DNA of 51,441 nucleotides from Thermoplasmatales archaeon (GTDB taxonomy: Archaea > Thermoplasmatota > E2 > DHVEG-1), in contig CP070712.1 of the NCBI GenBank assembly GCA_020350365.1, positions 64,812-116,252 of the forward strand. The letters run 5' to 3'. The notes beneath the pieces are model-generated. The model saw nothing but the letters and a program-made list of their open reading frames with translations. It was not told the origin of the DNA and did not search any database. The position numbers and the translations under genes were made by a program. Shown piece after piece: positions 17,341 to 26,657 of the stretch. Position 1 is the first letter of the stretch. Each line of letters begins with the position of its first letter.

Positions 17341-18744
17341 ATGAGGAGAGTTGGGATATTATCATTTTTTTTATTTATGCTTGTACTAAGCGCTTTTACG
17401 ATTTCAGCACAACCTGCTGGCTCTCCCTGGCCAATGTTCAGAATGGATGCAAAGCATTCCGGCATCAGCACCTATGATACAAGTCATGTGGATGGAACAA
17501 TTCTATGGACTTTTGAGACAGGTGATGGAATTGAATCTTCACCAGCCATTGGGTCTGATGGGACGATTTACATCGGTTCACATGACGGTTATTTGTATGC
17601 AATAAATCCAGACGGAACAGAGAAATGGCGTTTTGATGCTGGTCCGCCAAGATACGATGCAAGATGGGACGTTTCAAAGTCAATTATGGCTACACCTGCA
17701 ATCGCAGCAGATGGGACAATTTATGTTTATTCATCGGCAAATTATCTTTTTGCGGTAAACTCAGATGGGACAGAGAAATGGAGACACTATCTATTATGGG
17801 GGAATGATTTTTGGACATCACCAACAATTGGAGACGATGGAACCATATACATTGGATCTGCAAACTCTCAATCAACTGAGGGTTTTGATGCAGGACTTCA
17901 TGCAATAAATTCCGATGGTACTGAAAAATGGAAATTTGAAAATACTTGTGGAGTAACAACAGCAGCAGCAATAGGTGATGACGGAACCATCTATTTTGGT
18001 GGAAACATAAACAGAGAAGGTGAGCAATCAGGTAACTATGGCATGGTTTATGCATTAAGTCCAATTGATGGCACAGAATTATGGAATTTTCAAATTGAGA
18101 ACTGGATGGAATCTTCACCAGCAATAGGCTCTAATGGAACGATTTATATAGGATCTGGTAGAGAAGCCCGTATCTATGTATTAAATCCAGATGGGTCAGA
18201 GAAATGGAGACATACATTTACAGAAGGTCTTAGTTGCACACCATTAGAAGCAGAGGACGGATCAGTTTATGTTGGTGTATGGGATACAAATTTTACTAAA
18301 TTTACAAATGATGGAATTGAAATATGGAGATATAGAACGCCTGAGGCTTTTGAAGGAATTATTTCTTCTCCTGCGATTGGTGCTGATGGAACAATCTATG
18401 TTGGATGTAACGCAGGGGTTTTTTACGCATTTAACCCAAATGGAACCATAAAATGGACAGTGAATACAGAGGGCAGAGGAGTATGCAGTTCTCCTGCAAT
18501 TGGTGCTGATGGTACGATATATTTTGGATCATGGGATAAAAAACTATATGCAATAGGTGGGTCAGCAACAGATGATGAACAGGATGAAGATGGGGCTTCT
18601 AATGGGACTGATGATAAAAATCAATCACAAGAACAGGATAATAATATACTTGATTCAAAAGATGAAGCACCAGGTTTTGAAGGTATAATGTTATTTGTTG
18701 CTATTTTGGTGATTCTTTATTTTATTAGAAATAAAAATAGATAG
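17341..18744 (+). CDS. Secreted PQQ-like/BamB-like eight-repeat beta-propeller with acidic linker and PGF-CTERM-type anchor
   Basis: Repeats of SSPAIG.DGTIY.GS.D..LYA.NPDGTEKW. The C-terminus has a D/E/N/Q/S-rich linker, then PGFEGIMLFVAILVILYFIRNKNR* (PGF + TM helix + basic cluster). Confidence 0.8.
   Translation: MRRVGILSFFLFMLVLSAFTISAQPAGSPWPMFRMDAKHSGISTYDTSHVDGTILWTFETGDGIESSPAIGSDGTIYIGSHDGYLYAINPDGTEKWRFDAGPPRYDARWDVSKSIMATPAIAADGTIYVYSSANYLFAVNSDGTEKWRHYLLWGNDFWTSPTIGDDGTIYIGSANSQSTEGFDAGLHAINSDGTEKWKFENTCGVTTAAAIGDDGTIYFGGNINREGEQSGNYGMVYALSPIDGTELWNFQIENWMESSPAIGSNGTIYIGSGREARIYVLNPDGSEKWRHTFTEGLSCTPLEAEDGSVYVGVWDTNFTKFTNDGIEIWRYRTPEAFEGIISSPAIGADGTIYVGCNAGVFYAFNPNGTIKWTVNTEGRGVCSSPAIGADGTIYFGSWDKKLYAIGGSATDDEQDEDGASNGTDDKNQSQEQDNNILDSKDEAPGFEGIMLFVAILVILYFIRNKNR
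18670..18741 (+). other. PGF-CTERM-type archaeal sorting signal (part of CDS 17341..18744)
   Basis: The PGF tripeptide is followed by a 16-residue hydrophobic helix and RNKNR at the extreme C-terminus, preceded by a low-complexity acidic linker. Confidence 0.65.
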
Positions 18745-18809
18745 ATATTGAAAATTGGTAGAATGATATGATGATTTTAAACTAAAATAAAGAGAATCTG
18801 TTAGGTTTT

Positions 18810-21113
18810 TTAGAGCTGAATTAATCTTAGCAAGTATCTTAATTTTGGAAATATAGTTGAAAATCGTTCAATTAATCGGAAGAACAAAGAACTAACTTCC
18901 GTCCTGATTCTTGGAATTTCAACTTCAAACTCAGCCCATTCACTCTCACCACAAAAATCTCTCACCTTTGCTTTCATCATATATGTCCCAGTCTCATTCC
19001 AAATATGACTATGCTTTACAGATCCACCACCTTGGTATGGTCCAATCCAGCCTGTTGAATCCCCATCACCCCAATCGACCCAAAGATAAAAATCATCTGG
19101 ATCAGGGTCTATTACATAAAACTCATATTCATATTCCACACCAGGATTTCCACTGTTAGGACCATATATTTCTAGTCCTGGAGGAGTATTTGCTATCATT
19201 ACATCAACACATTTAGTGATATTTCCTGAGAAACCATCATCATCTGTAACAGTCAATGTTACATAGTAAGTCCCAACTTCACAATATTTATGATAAACAG
19301 TCTCACCTGTACCAGTTGTTCCATCACCAAAATCCCATTCATATGAAATGATTTCTCCATCAAAATCATAAGAAAATGAAGCATTAAATATAACAGGATA
19401 TTCCTCAGCATTATATGTAAAGTTTGCAATTGGTGGATTACCAATCCAAGTTACAATCAACGGATATCTATCTTTATTATCTCCACCAGGAATTAGATAT
19501 GGGATGTCACCAATCCCGTCACCATCTGCGTCTTCACCTGTGTAATCATCCCAGTAATTACCGCCAAGTGGGTATCCATTATCCCAGGTATTATTTCCTT
19601 TATCAATTGCACTAAGATTGTTGTTTATGAAATTATTATAATAGATACAGGAATAATTATAGTGTCTGTATGAAATATTAAACCCAATATTGTTACTTTT
19701 AATATTATTCTTAAGTATCAAATTACGAACTGCATATAACTTGATACCAATATCATTTTTTACAATATTATTTCTAATTACAGTATTATTTTCTGAGTAA
19801 TGGCGAATTAAAACACCGCTGTACTTGTTATTGTATATACTGTTGTTGTTTATTGTGTTATTATGTCCACCAATACATATTCCATTAGAGTTGTTTGAGA
19901 TATTATTGTCAGATATGGTACAATTAATACCTACTACATAGATTGCATTATGATCAAGGTTTCTAATTACATTATTTTTAATAGTACAATTGAACAAACC
20001 ATTACTGGAAGTGATTCCACCGTACTCTGTAGGATTTTCAATTAAATTGTTCTGAATTGTAACATTTTCGCAATTATCAGTTCTCATTGCATATTTATTT
20101 AAATTTGAGAAAATATTATTTTCAATCTTACTATCAACTGTATCAAAAAAACCAACACCCATACTAGCATTTGTAAATTCAAGATTTCTTACTGTCATGT
20201 TATTACAGGAGACAAGAAAGACTTGACCTGCTGAATCATCAATTATGATATTTGATTCGTTTTCAAAATATATTAGAGGTTTTCCATTGATTGTGTTGTT
20301 TTTTACATTATTTCTGTAAGATTTATATATATAAAGACCATCATTTATAAAACAATTATTTTTTATAATATTATCACTACAATAGCTTAGCACGAGACCT
20401 GCTTTATTATTAGAAAAAATATTTCCACTTAATGTTGCAGAGGTTGTTGAGAGTCGGATACCAAAATCACGACTTGATTCAAATGTATTATTTATTATCT
20501 GATTATTCACAGATTTATACCATACAAGCATCGCGTTAAAACTATTTGAAATCAAGTTGTTACAAATTTTGTTGTTAGAACTTTCTATAAATTTGATTCC
20601 AATGAAACAATCGTTTATTGTGTTATTAAATATCTCATTATCTGATGTAGAGTCATTTAAAATTATGCCTCTAAAACAATCAGAAAAAAAATTATTTGAG
20701 ACAATATTATTATTTGAATCGATAATTAAACCGTTTGAATTATAACCATGTATCATAAATCCACTAAACAAAACATTATCAGAATTAATAATTACTACAT
20801 CTCCAAATTTAGAACCATTTATCAATGTTGTATTTTTATCTTCACCAACTAACATTATTCCTTTATTAACGATAACATCTTCGTTATATGGTGATGAATC
20901 TTCATATACAAACACAGTATCACCAACAGATGCGTTATCAATTGCATCCTGTATTTTGGTGTAGTTGCCTTCTCCGGAGCCACCAACATATAAAATATTG
21001 CTAGATGGATTTGATGAATTAGAATTTTTAATAATTAAGGCAGCTGATGGATTTATATTTATTATTATAAATAGGAATATTATTCCTAAAACAAGGATTT
21101 TTTTTGTTTCCAT
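18810..21113 (-). CDS. Secreted right-handed parallel beta-helix (NosD/pectin-lyase-fold) repeat protein with a canonical PKD domain, the variant PKD-like module and cassette tail
   Basis: N-terminus YTKIQDAIDNASVGDTVFVYEDS..Y.E.V.V.K.I.L.GE, then many ~22-aa N-rich beta-helix repeats. Canonical PKD (YEWDFGDGTTGTG..H.Y...G.Y.VTLTVTDD.G). Module YEYEFYVIDPDPDDFYLWVDWGDGDSTGWIGPY. Tail IPRIRTEVSSLFFRLIERFSTIFPKLRYLLRLIQL*. Confidence 0.85.
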   Translation of the reverse strand: METKKILVLGIIFLFIIININPSAALIIKNSNSSNPSSNILYVGGSGEGNYTKIQDAIDNASVGDTVFVYEDSSPYNEDVIVNKGIMLVGEDKNTTLINGSKFGDVVIINSDNVLFSGFMIHGYNSNGLIIDSNNNIVSNNFFSDCFRGIILNDSTSDNEIFNNTINDCFIGIKFIESSNNKICNNLISNSFNAMLVWYKSVNNQIINNTFESSRDFGIRLSTTSATLSGNIFSNNKAGLVLSYCSDNIIKNNCFINDGLYIYKSYRNNVKNNTINGKPLIYFENESNIIIDDSAGQVFLVSCNNMTVRNLEFTNASMGVGFFDTVDSKIENNIFSNLNKYAMRTDNCENVTIQNNLIENPTEYGGITSSNGLFNCTIKNNVIRNLDHNAIYVVGINCTISDNNISNNSNGICIGGHNNTINNNSIYNNKYSGVLIRHYSENNTVIRNNIVKNDIGIKLYAVRNLILKNNIKSNNIGFNISYRHYNYSCIYYNNFINNNLSAIDKGNNTWDNGYPLGGNYWDDYTGEDADGDGIGDIPYLIPGGDNKDRYPLIVTWIGNPPIANFTYNAEEYPVIFNASFSYDFDGEIISYEWDFGDGTTGTGETVYHKYCEVGTYYVTLTVTDDDGFSGNITKCVDVMIANTPPGLEIYGPNSGNPGVEYEYEFYVIDPDPDDFYLWVDWGDGDSTGWIGPYQGGGSVKHSHIWNETGTYMMKAKVRDFCGESEWAEFEVEIPRIRTEVSSLFFRLIERFSTIFPKLRYLLRLIQL

Positions 21114-21222
21114 TTGTCCTCCCTCGATATTTACATCCTATTATGTATATTTAAATGTTACATTATAAATAGAAGGTAAAATCTAATATAATTTAAAGAT
21201 TAACAATACGAATTGATTTTAA

Positions 21223-21447
21223 ATGCTCACAATAAAATGTGCAAGGTGTAAACAAAAAATCTTCAGATATGTCAAAATCGGTAAAGGAAAACTATGGCAT
21301 TGTTGGAAGGATAGAATAATTGAGGATTTTAGTATTCACAAAGGAAAAAAAGTTTTATGTAAGTGCGGAAACCTAATTGGTATTGATGAAGAAAAGTGGA
21401 TAAAACTAAAACAGCATTCTTTTACTTATTCAGGTACAAAAACATGA
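21223..21447 (+). CDS. Small Cys-containing hypothetical protein (74 aa, CxxC...CxC)
   Basis: ORF with CARCKQK and CKCGN pairs. No obvious RBS. Weak support. Confidence 0.3.
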   Translation: MLTIKCARCKQKIFRYVKIGKGKLWHCWKDRIIEDFSIHKGKKVLCKCGNLIGIDEEKWIKLKQHSFTYSGTKT

Positions 21448-21480
21448 TGAATTGTAACAAAGAATAGCTAGTTAAGAATG

Positions 21481-21909
21481 CTAATTTTGAACAAGTCTAG
21501 CACTAAGTGACCAATAATATCCATAATTAACAAGCCTTTGTTTTGCATAAGAATAATCAAGTTTATAGGAATCAACTGAAGAGCCACCATTTGTCAAATA
21601 TATCTTACAAAAAGCTTCTCCCTCTTCAGGAATAAGTACATTTGCAACAGCAAAAGATGTCCAGCCAGTACTGTCAGTAGTTCTAATAAGTGTACTAAGT
21701 ATTTTTCCATTAACTCCAAATTCAAAGGTTACAGAAGCATTTATTACTGACTCTCCTGTACTATTTTTTTCCACATGAGCAATCGCTTCAATTATTGTAT
21801 CAATAGATAAAAATAGAATTTCTTCTTCCTCTGTAGGTTCATTACATCCACTCAAACCAACACAGATAAGTATGACAACTACACCTATTGTTGCAAGGTT
21901 TTTATTCAT
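21481..21909 (-). CDS. Small putative lipoprotein (142 aa), immediately downstream of C25 peptidase gene 21992..24193
   Basis: Signal peptide with lipobox-like GLSGC. Beta-rich. Same strand as the peptidase and 82 nt downstream of it. Confidence 0.55.
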   Translation of the reverse strand: MNKNLATIGVVVILICVGLSGCNEPTEEEEILFLSIDTIIEAIAHVEKNSTGESVINASVTFEFGVNGKILSTLIRTTDSTGWTSFAVANVLIPEEGEAFCKIYLTNGGSSVDSYKLDYSYAKQRLVNYGYYWSLSARLVQN

Positions 21910-21991
21910 ATAACTCCCATAATGAGAAACTTGTTATTTTTTAATTATTAATAAAATCTACTAGTTATTGAAGATTAATGGATTACTAAAA

Positions 21992-24193
21992 CTAAATCAA
22001 TTCCAGTAGATAATTTATTAATGAAGCAATATTTGGGAATCGTTCGAACATCAAGAAAATTATACTTTGATAAATCATTTTGGGTCTAGGAATGTTAACA
22101 TCAAACTCGGTCCAATCACTTTCTGAACTATAGGCATCTCTTGCCCTGGCCTTGATTTGATAGGATCCTTCTATGTTCCAGGTATGGGAAAATGTAACAT
22201 CAATATCTGAGTCATATGGACCTTCCCAATCAACAAATGTACCATCGCCCCAGTCAATGTAATAATATACATCATTTCCTTCAGCATCATATGTTGAAAG
22301 GATAAAATCCAGTTCCCTTCCAGTATTTCCAGTATGTGGACCAGATATTGTTGGTTTATCTGGAGCTGTATTGCTATAATGATTTAGGAAATCAACTGAT
22401 GGATCACCGAAAAGGTTCAATGCATAATAGCTCCATCTCATACATTCATCATTAATCCGGTATAGATTATCCTCCTTGGAATCATGACTTGCTGCACCTA
22501 TTACAGTTTTTCCTTCTCTAAAAACAGCATCCCAAAACTCCCGATGATAATGTTGTGAGGAAGCATCTGTTCCACCTGGGTTATACCATCCAAATCTAGC
22601 ATTCATAATTGTTGCAAATGCAGCATTATCCGTTTTTACGGTAAAATATTCTGCAACACAATCCCCGTTATCAAATCCTCCAGCCATACAGCCCTGGGAA
22701 TAAACAAAACAAAGTTTTTCATTATTTAGAGAGCTAATCTGTGAGGTACTAAGCTTCATAGCAGAATAATAATTGGCATGCCCTAGATGATTTACGAAGT
22801 GAATGCCATTGTTTATTTTGTCTATGAGATTAGATGCATACCAAACTCCATTCTTTTCATACAATGTTTCAATAGTATATTCGTCAGATGGTATCCCTTC
22901 GGTTGTATAACCATTAGCACTAGAACCATCGATTAGTTCATCCATATAAGTACCACCCCACGTCAGAGGTGTAGTAGTTAGCAATTCTCCTACCATCAAT
23001 GCATCTTCCAAATATGGATCATCAGAGAATAAATATGAAATCGTTTTAGAAACAAAGTTAGTTACTTCTGAAATAGTACCAACAGATGCTCTTCCTACAT
23101 AAACGTCAGCAACAAGGTCTACATCCCCGCCTCCAGGACCATCATTAGGTTCACCAAATAGTCCATTGCCATTGTTATCATAGGTTCCATCTAAGCAGGC
23201 ATAATAGATATCAGAAGGCATATTTTCTTCTGTTTCCGACCATGGCCACCACCAAACCGTTCTAACAAAGAGGTCCTTTGCAGCGATTATATCATCATCA
23301 GCACCAATCATTACAAAATCTATCTGTAGACTGTTATAGGCATCTAAAATATAATCTCGAATGTCGTCAGGGTTGCTACTTCCAATATCTGAGGTTGTCC
23401 TAATAATTGTACTAAGACCATTATCATTATGAAAATCTTTTAAGGTTTCAAAACCGCTTTTCAATGAATCTGTAGTAATAATGAGAAGATCGTTTGAAAC
23501 AAGAGGATGGTTTACCTGTTGATTATAGGTATCTGCAATTTCAGGATTATCAACCTTACCCATAATTTCAATTTTATCTTTTTCTAAGTTGCGAAATAAT
23601 TGATTTATGCTTCCATCCTTGATAAGATTAACAGAAATCTCTAAGTCTTTATAAAAATAGAGTTCACCTGCAGCTGGAACATATTGAACAGGATGTAACT
23701 TCAATACAAGTATCTGATATCCTCTAAAACTATGTACACCTATCTCTTCAAATAGGTTTCCAGGAAACATTTCCATTGAGCTGTATAATTCTTCATTCTG
23801 AAATGGGAGTGTTATTGAGCTTGATTTTGTAATTGGAATCATTTCTCCGACAGGTTCAATATTGAAATCTGAACCCAATAATTCACCTTCACTTTTAACA
23901 GTTATATCATTAACTTTTGTACCATGAGGTAAAAGTATATATGCTCCGCCAGAAGGTAAACGTGGTTCACCAGAGTTACCAGATGTTGATAGGTCTTGAA
24001 TTTTTATTCGCGTATAGTGTTTGTCTCCAATCATTATTTGTTCAATAATTGGCTGGTCAAATGAGTAAGTAATTGAGAGTTGTTCATAATCATTTACTTT
24101 CTCTACAGCACTATAAATTGGAATTGAAGTCAACATTAGGATAATAACTATTAATATCACATTAAAAGTTATATTAGTTTTATTATTTTTCAT
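21992..24193 (-). CDS. Secreted peptidase C25 (gingipain-like, clan CD) with N-terminal pro/Ig-like region, PKD-like module and cassette tail
   Basis: C25 landmarks: DFVMIGADDDIIAAK, PSDIYYACLDG..D....DVYVGRASV, His-Gly context VNHLGHANY, Cys context YSQGCMAGGFD, LFGDPS. Tail IPRPKMIYQSIIFLMFERFPNIASLINYLLELI*. Confidence 0.85.
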   Translation of the reverse strand: MKNNKTNITFNVILIVIILMLTSIPIYSAVEKVNDYEQLSITYSFDQPIIEQIMIGDKHYTRIKIQDLSTSGNSGEPRLPSGGAYILLPHGTKVNDITVKSEGELLGSDFNIEPVGEMIPITKSSSITLPFQNEELYSSMEMFPGNLFEEIGVHSFRGYQILVLKLHPVQYVPAAGELYFYKDLEISVNLIKDGSINQLFRNLEKDKIEIMGKVDNPEIADTYNQQVNHPLVSNDLLIITTDSLKSGFETLKDFHNDNGLSTIIRTTSDIGSSNPDDIRDYILDAYNSLQIDFVMIGADDDIIAAKDLFVRTVWWWPWSETEENMPSDIYYACLDGTYDNNGNGLFGEPNDGPGGGDVDLVADVYVGRASVGTISEVTNFVSKTISYLFSDDPYLEDALMVGELLTTTPLTWGGTYMDELIDGSSANGYTTEGIPSDEYTIETLYEKNGVWYASNLIDKINNGIHFVNHLGHANYYSAMKLSTSQISSLNNEKLCFVYSQGCMAGGFDNGDCVAEYFTVKTDNAAFATIMNARFGWYNPGGTDASSQHYHREFWDAVFREGKTVIGAASHDSKEDNLYRINDECMRWSYYALNLFGDPSVDFLNHYSNTAPDKPTISGPHTGNTGRELDFILSTYDAEGNDVYYYIDWGDGTFVDWEGPYDSDIDVTFSHTWNIEGSYQIKARARDAYSSESDWTEFDVNIPRPKMIYQSIIFLMFERFPNIASLINYLLELI

Positions 24194-24479
24194 CTATATC
24201 TTCCTTTTTATATAATTGTAAATCCCGATACAATTTATAATATTTCTGATGGTTTGAGAATACAAATTTGATAGTTATTGCTTATTGCATCAATTTTAAA
24301 TTGTATTTTATTTTTGAAACAATTATAGTAACGACAGCAATTTGGAATAAAACATATGAATAACGTGAGGATTTGTAACAAAAATGTAATATAACTGTTA
24401 TGTTTAAAATGTGCAATTTGTTAAAGGTAAACTTTTAAATATTGTACCTGTTTATAAATATATAAAGGGGGAGTGAGAA

Positions 24480-26366
24480 ATGAAGAAAATAATATCATTT
24501 CTAATAATAGTTTTTTTTATTTTTAGTGGACTGAACGTTATAGCAGAAAATATAAATCTTGAGGTTGAAAATTTTTCAAGTTCAAATTACACCAAAATAG
24601 ATATTATTTCAATTCAAACAAGTGAAGAAATGAAAATTTACTCCACAACATATAAACAAAATACAAAGAATGATATAAATAATATAGAAATTAAAGAACA
24701 CGATAGATCAACTGAAGTGTTGAATATTTTTGAAACTTATGATTATGTAATAATTACTACAGAAAACCTTTATAATTCAATTACCTCGTCAACATTTATT
24801 GGGTGGAAAACCCAAATTGGTTTTAATATTAAAATTGTAAATATCACAGATAATGAAATTACTTCCCAAGCAGGTCAGGACCTTCCAGAAAAAATTAGAA
24901 ATTTTCTTAGGGAATATTACCAATCCTGGGGAATAAAATATGTACTTATTGTTGGTAATCATGCAACAATACCTATGAGATATTGCTATCCAGATCCAAC
25001 AAATCATAGATTTGATGTTTTTGACTATACCAGTGGAGAGGTTCCAACAGATTATTATTATGCCGATCTCTCAAGCCCGGATGCAGACTCATGGGATTAT
25101 GACGGTGATGGTTATTATGGAGAATATGGAGAAGACCTGCCTGATTTCTTTCCGGAAGTTTATGTTGGTAGAATTCCAACAAATGTAGAATCTAGGATTA
25201 CTTACACTCTTGATAAAACTGTTATTTTTGAACAAGATGCTGGAGATTGGAAAAAAAATGCTTTGCATGCTGGAGCCTTTTTTTATTTTACTAATGAAGA
25301 TCATAGTGGTTATCCTGCTTATGACGGTGCAAAACTTTCGTATTATATCGAAAAGGATATTATGACTGACTGGACCATAAGTCATTATAGTGAACAGGCG
25401 GGATTAGAGAAATCTGTCTATAATTGGCCAGCACTTACTGAGACTGCATTTATCGATGACTGGCGAACTGGAAAGTATTCTGTGATGAATTGGCAAGGTC
25501 ACGGTTGGACAAACAGAGTTGCTCGAAAGGTTTGGTCAACAGATGATAACGATGGGGTTCCTGAATATAATGAGATATCCTGGCCAGATTTCATAAATAT
25601 AAATTCAAATCTTGATGATGATTACCCTTCAGTTGTTACAGCAGAATCCTGTTATGTTGGCTGTCCTGAAACTGCATCTGGCGGAAATCTCGGAATTGAT
25701 TTGCTGACAGACCCATCAATGGGTGCATCAATTGGCGTTGTTGCATCATCTCGTTCGCCATATGGTTCTTATGATTGGCCAAATAATCCAGGTGGTTCTG
25801 ATTCAATAATCTATGAATTCAACCGCTTCATGATAAATGATTCAAAGGGAGTTGGTGAGGCTCTTTATGACTCGAAATATTTCTGTAATTATAATTATGG
25901 CTGGGAGCATTATGCAGAATATCTTGATATGTATGCGTTCAATCTCTTTGGAGATCCTTCCCTTTTGATTGAGGGAATAACTACTCAAAATTCACCACCT
26001 GATACACCAACTATTGATGGTCCAGATAAAGGGTCGCCTGACACTGAATATACGTATTGTATAATTGCATCAGACCCGGATGATGATGTCTTATTTGTCA
26101 GATGGGATTGGGGTGATGGTACGAGTAGTGATTGGCTGGGTCCATATGTCTCAGGAACTGAGGTTTGCGATTCCCATGTATGGGCTGATGAAGGTACGTA
26201 TATTGTTAGAGTAACTGTAGAAGATGAACATGGAATGATTGCATCAGCAAATATTGAAATAGTTATTCCAAGGTCAAGAGCAATTAATACTATTTTTCAA
26301 TTGTTTTTTGAGAGTTTTACAAATGCATTTCCAGTTCTACGATTTTTATTTAGATTGATTTTATGA
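24480..26366 (+). CDS. Secreted peptidase C25 (gingipain-like) with PKD-like module and cassette tail
   Basis: KYVLIVGNHATIPMR, VPTDYYYADL...EVYVGRIPT, NWQGHGWTN (His), TAESCYVGC (Cys), LFGDPSL. Module at nt ~25989-26279. Tail IPRSRAINTIFQLFFESFTNAFPVLRFLFRLIL*. Confidence 0.85.
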   Translation: MKKIISFLIIVFFIFSGLNVIAENINLEVENFSSSNYTKIDIISIQTSEEMKIYSTTYKQNTKNDINNIEIKEHDRSTEVLNIFETYDYVIITTENLYNSITSSTFIGWKTQIGFNIKIVNITDNEITSQAGQDLPEKIRNFLREYYQSWGIKYVLIVGNHATIPMRYCYPDPTNHRFDVFDYTSGEVPTDYYYADLSSPDADSWDYDGDGYYGEYGEDLPDFFPEVYVGRIPTNVESRITYTLDKTVIFEQDAGDWKKNALHAGAFFYFTNEDHSGYPAYDGAKLSYYIEKDIMTDWTISHYSEQAGLEKSVYNWPALTETAFIDDWRTGKYSVMNWQGHGWTNRVARKVWSTDDNDGVPEYNEISWPDFININSNLDDDYPSVVTAESCYVGCPETASGGNLGIDLLTDPSMGASIGVVASSRSPYGSYDWPNNPGGSDSIIYEFNRFMINDSKGVGEALYDSKYFCNYNYGWEHYAEYLDMYAFNLFGDPSLLIEGITTQNSPPDTPTIDGPDKGSPDTEYTYCIIASDPDDDVLFVRWDWGDGTSSDWLGPYVSGTEVCDSHVWADEGTYIVRVTVEDEHGMIASANIEIVIPRSRAINTIFQLFFESFTNAFPVLRFLFRLIL

Positions 26367-26398
26367 TTTGAAACAAAAATAAAAAGATTCTGTAAGAG

Positions 26399-26407
26399 TT
26401 TTTTTTT
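26399..26407 (+). terminator. Oligo-T tract (T9) downstream of 24480..26366
   Basis: T9 run 33 nt after the stop codon. Confidence 0.3.
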
Positions 26408-26472
26408 AGATTTCCTAAAATAATTAATATGAAAAAATATCTCTTAAGGCAATATATAACTTAGCTATGTTT

Positions 26473-26580
26473 TCAACATTCAAAATCTTGATCTTGCATA
26501 ATTGAAGCACAACTAACACAGACTTCTCCGATCATCTCATCTTCAGTATGTTCTTCTCCACAGACTGGACAAATAGGCAT
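26473..26580 (-). CDS. Tiny zinc-ribbon-like ORF (35 aa, MPICPVCGEEH...VCVSCAS...)
   Basis: Two CxxC pairs. Below the ORF-track cutoff. Resembles the 2776..2892 mini-ORF in type. Weak support. Confidence 0.25.
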   Translation of the reverse strand: MPICPVCGEEHTEDEMIGEVCVSCASIMQDQDFEC

Positions 26581-26657
26581 TATATCACATTGATTCAATT
26601 ATGTAATTTGAATTGAATAACTTTATTAAAAGATAGTGATATCTTATATAATACATA

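Noticed and set aside
17690-18124. 144-aa antisense ORF inside the PQQ-like propeller gene (also 17465..17683 and 18269..18451)
   Set aside because: It is the shadow frame of a well-supported CDS. Its translation is L/H/Q-rich and featureless.
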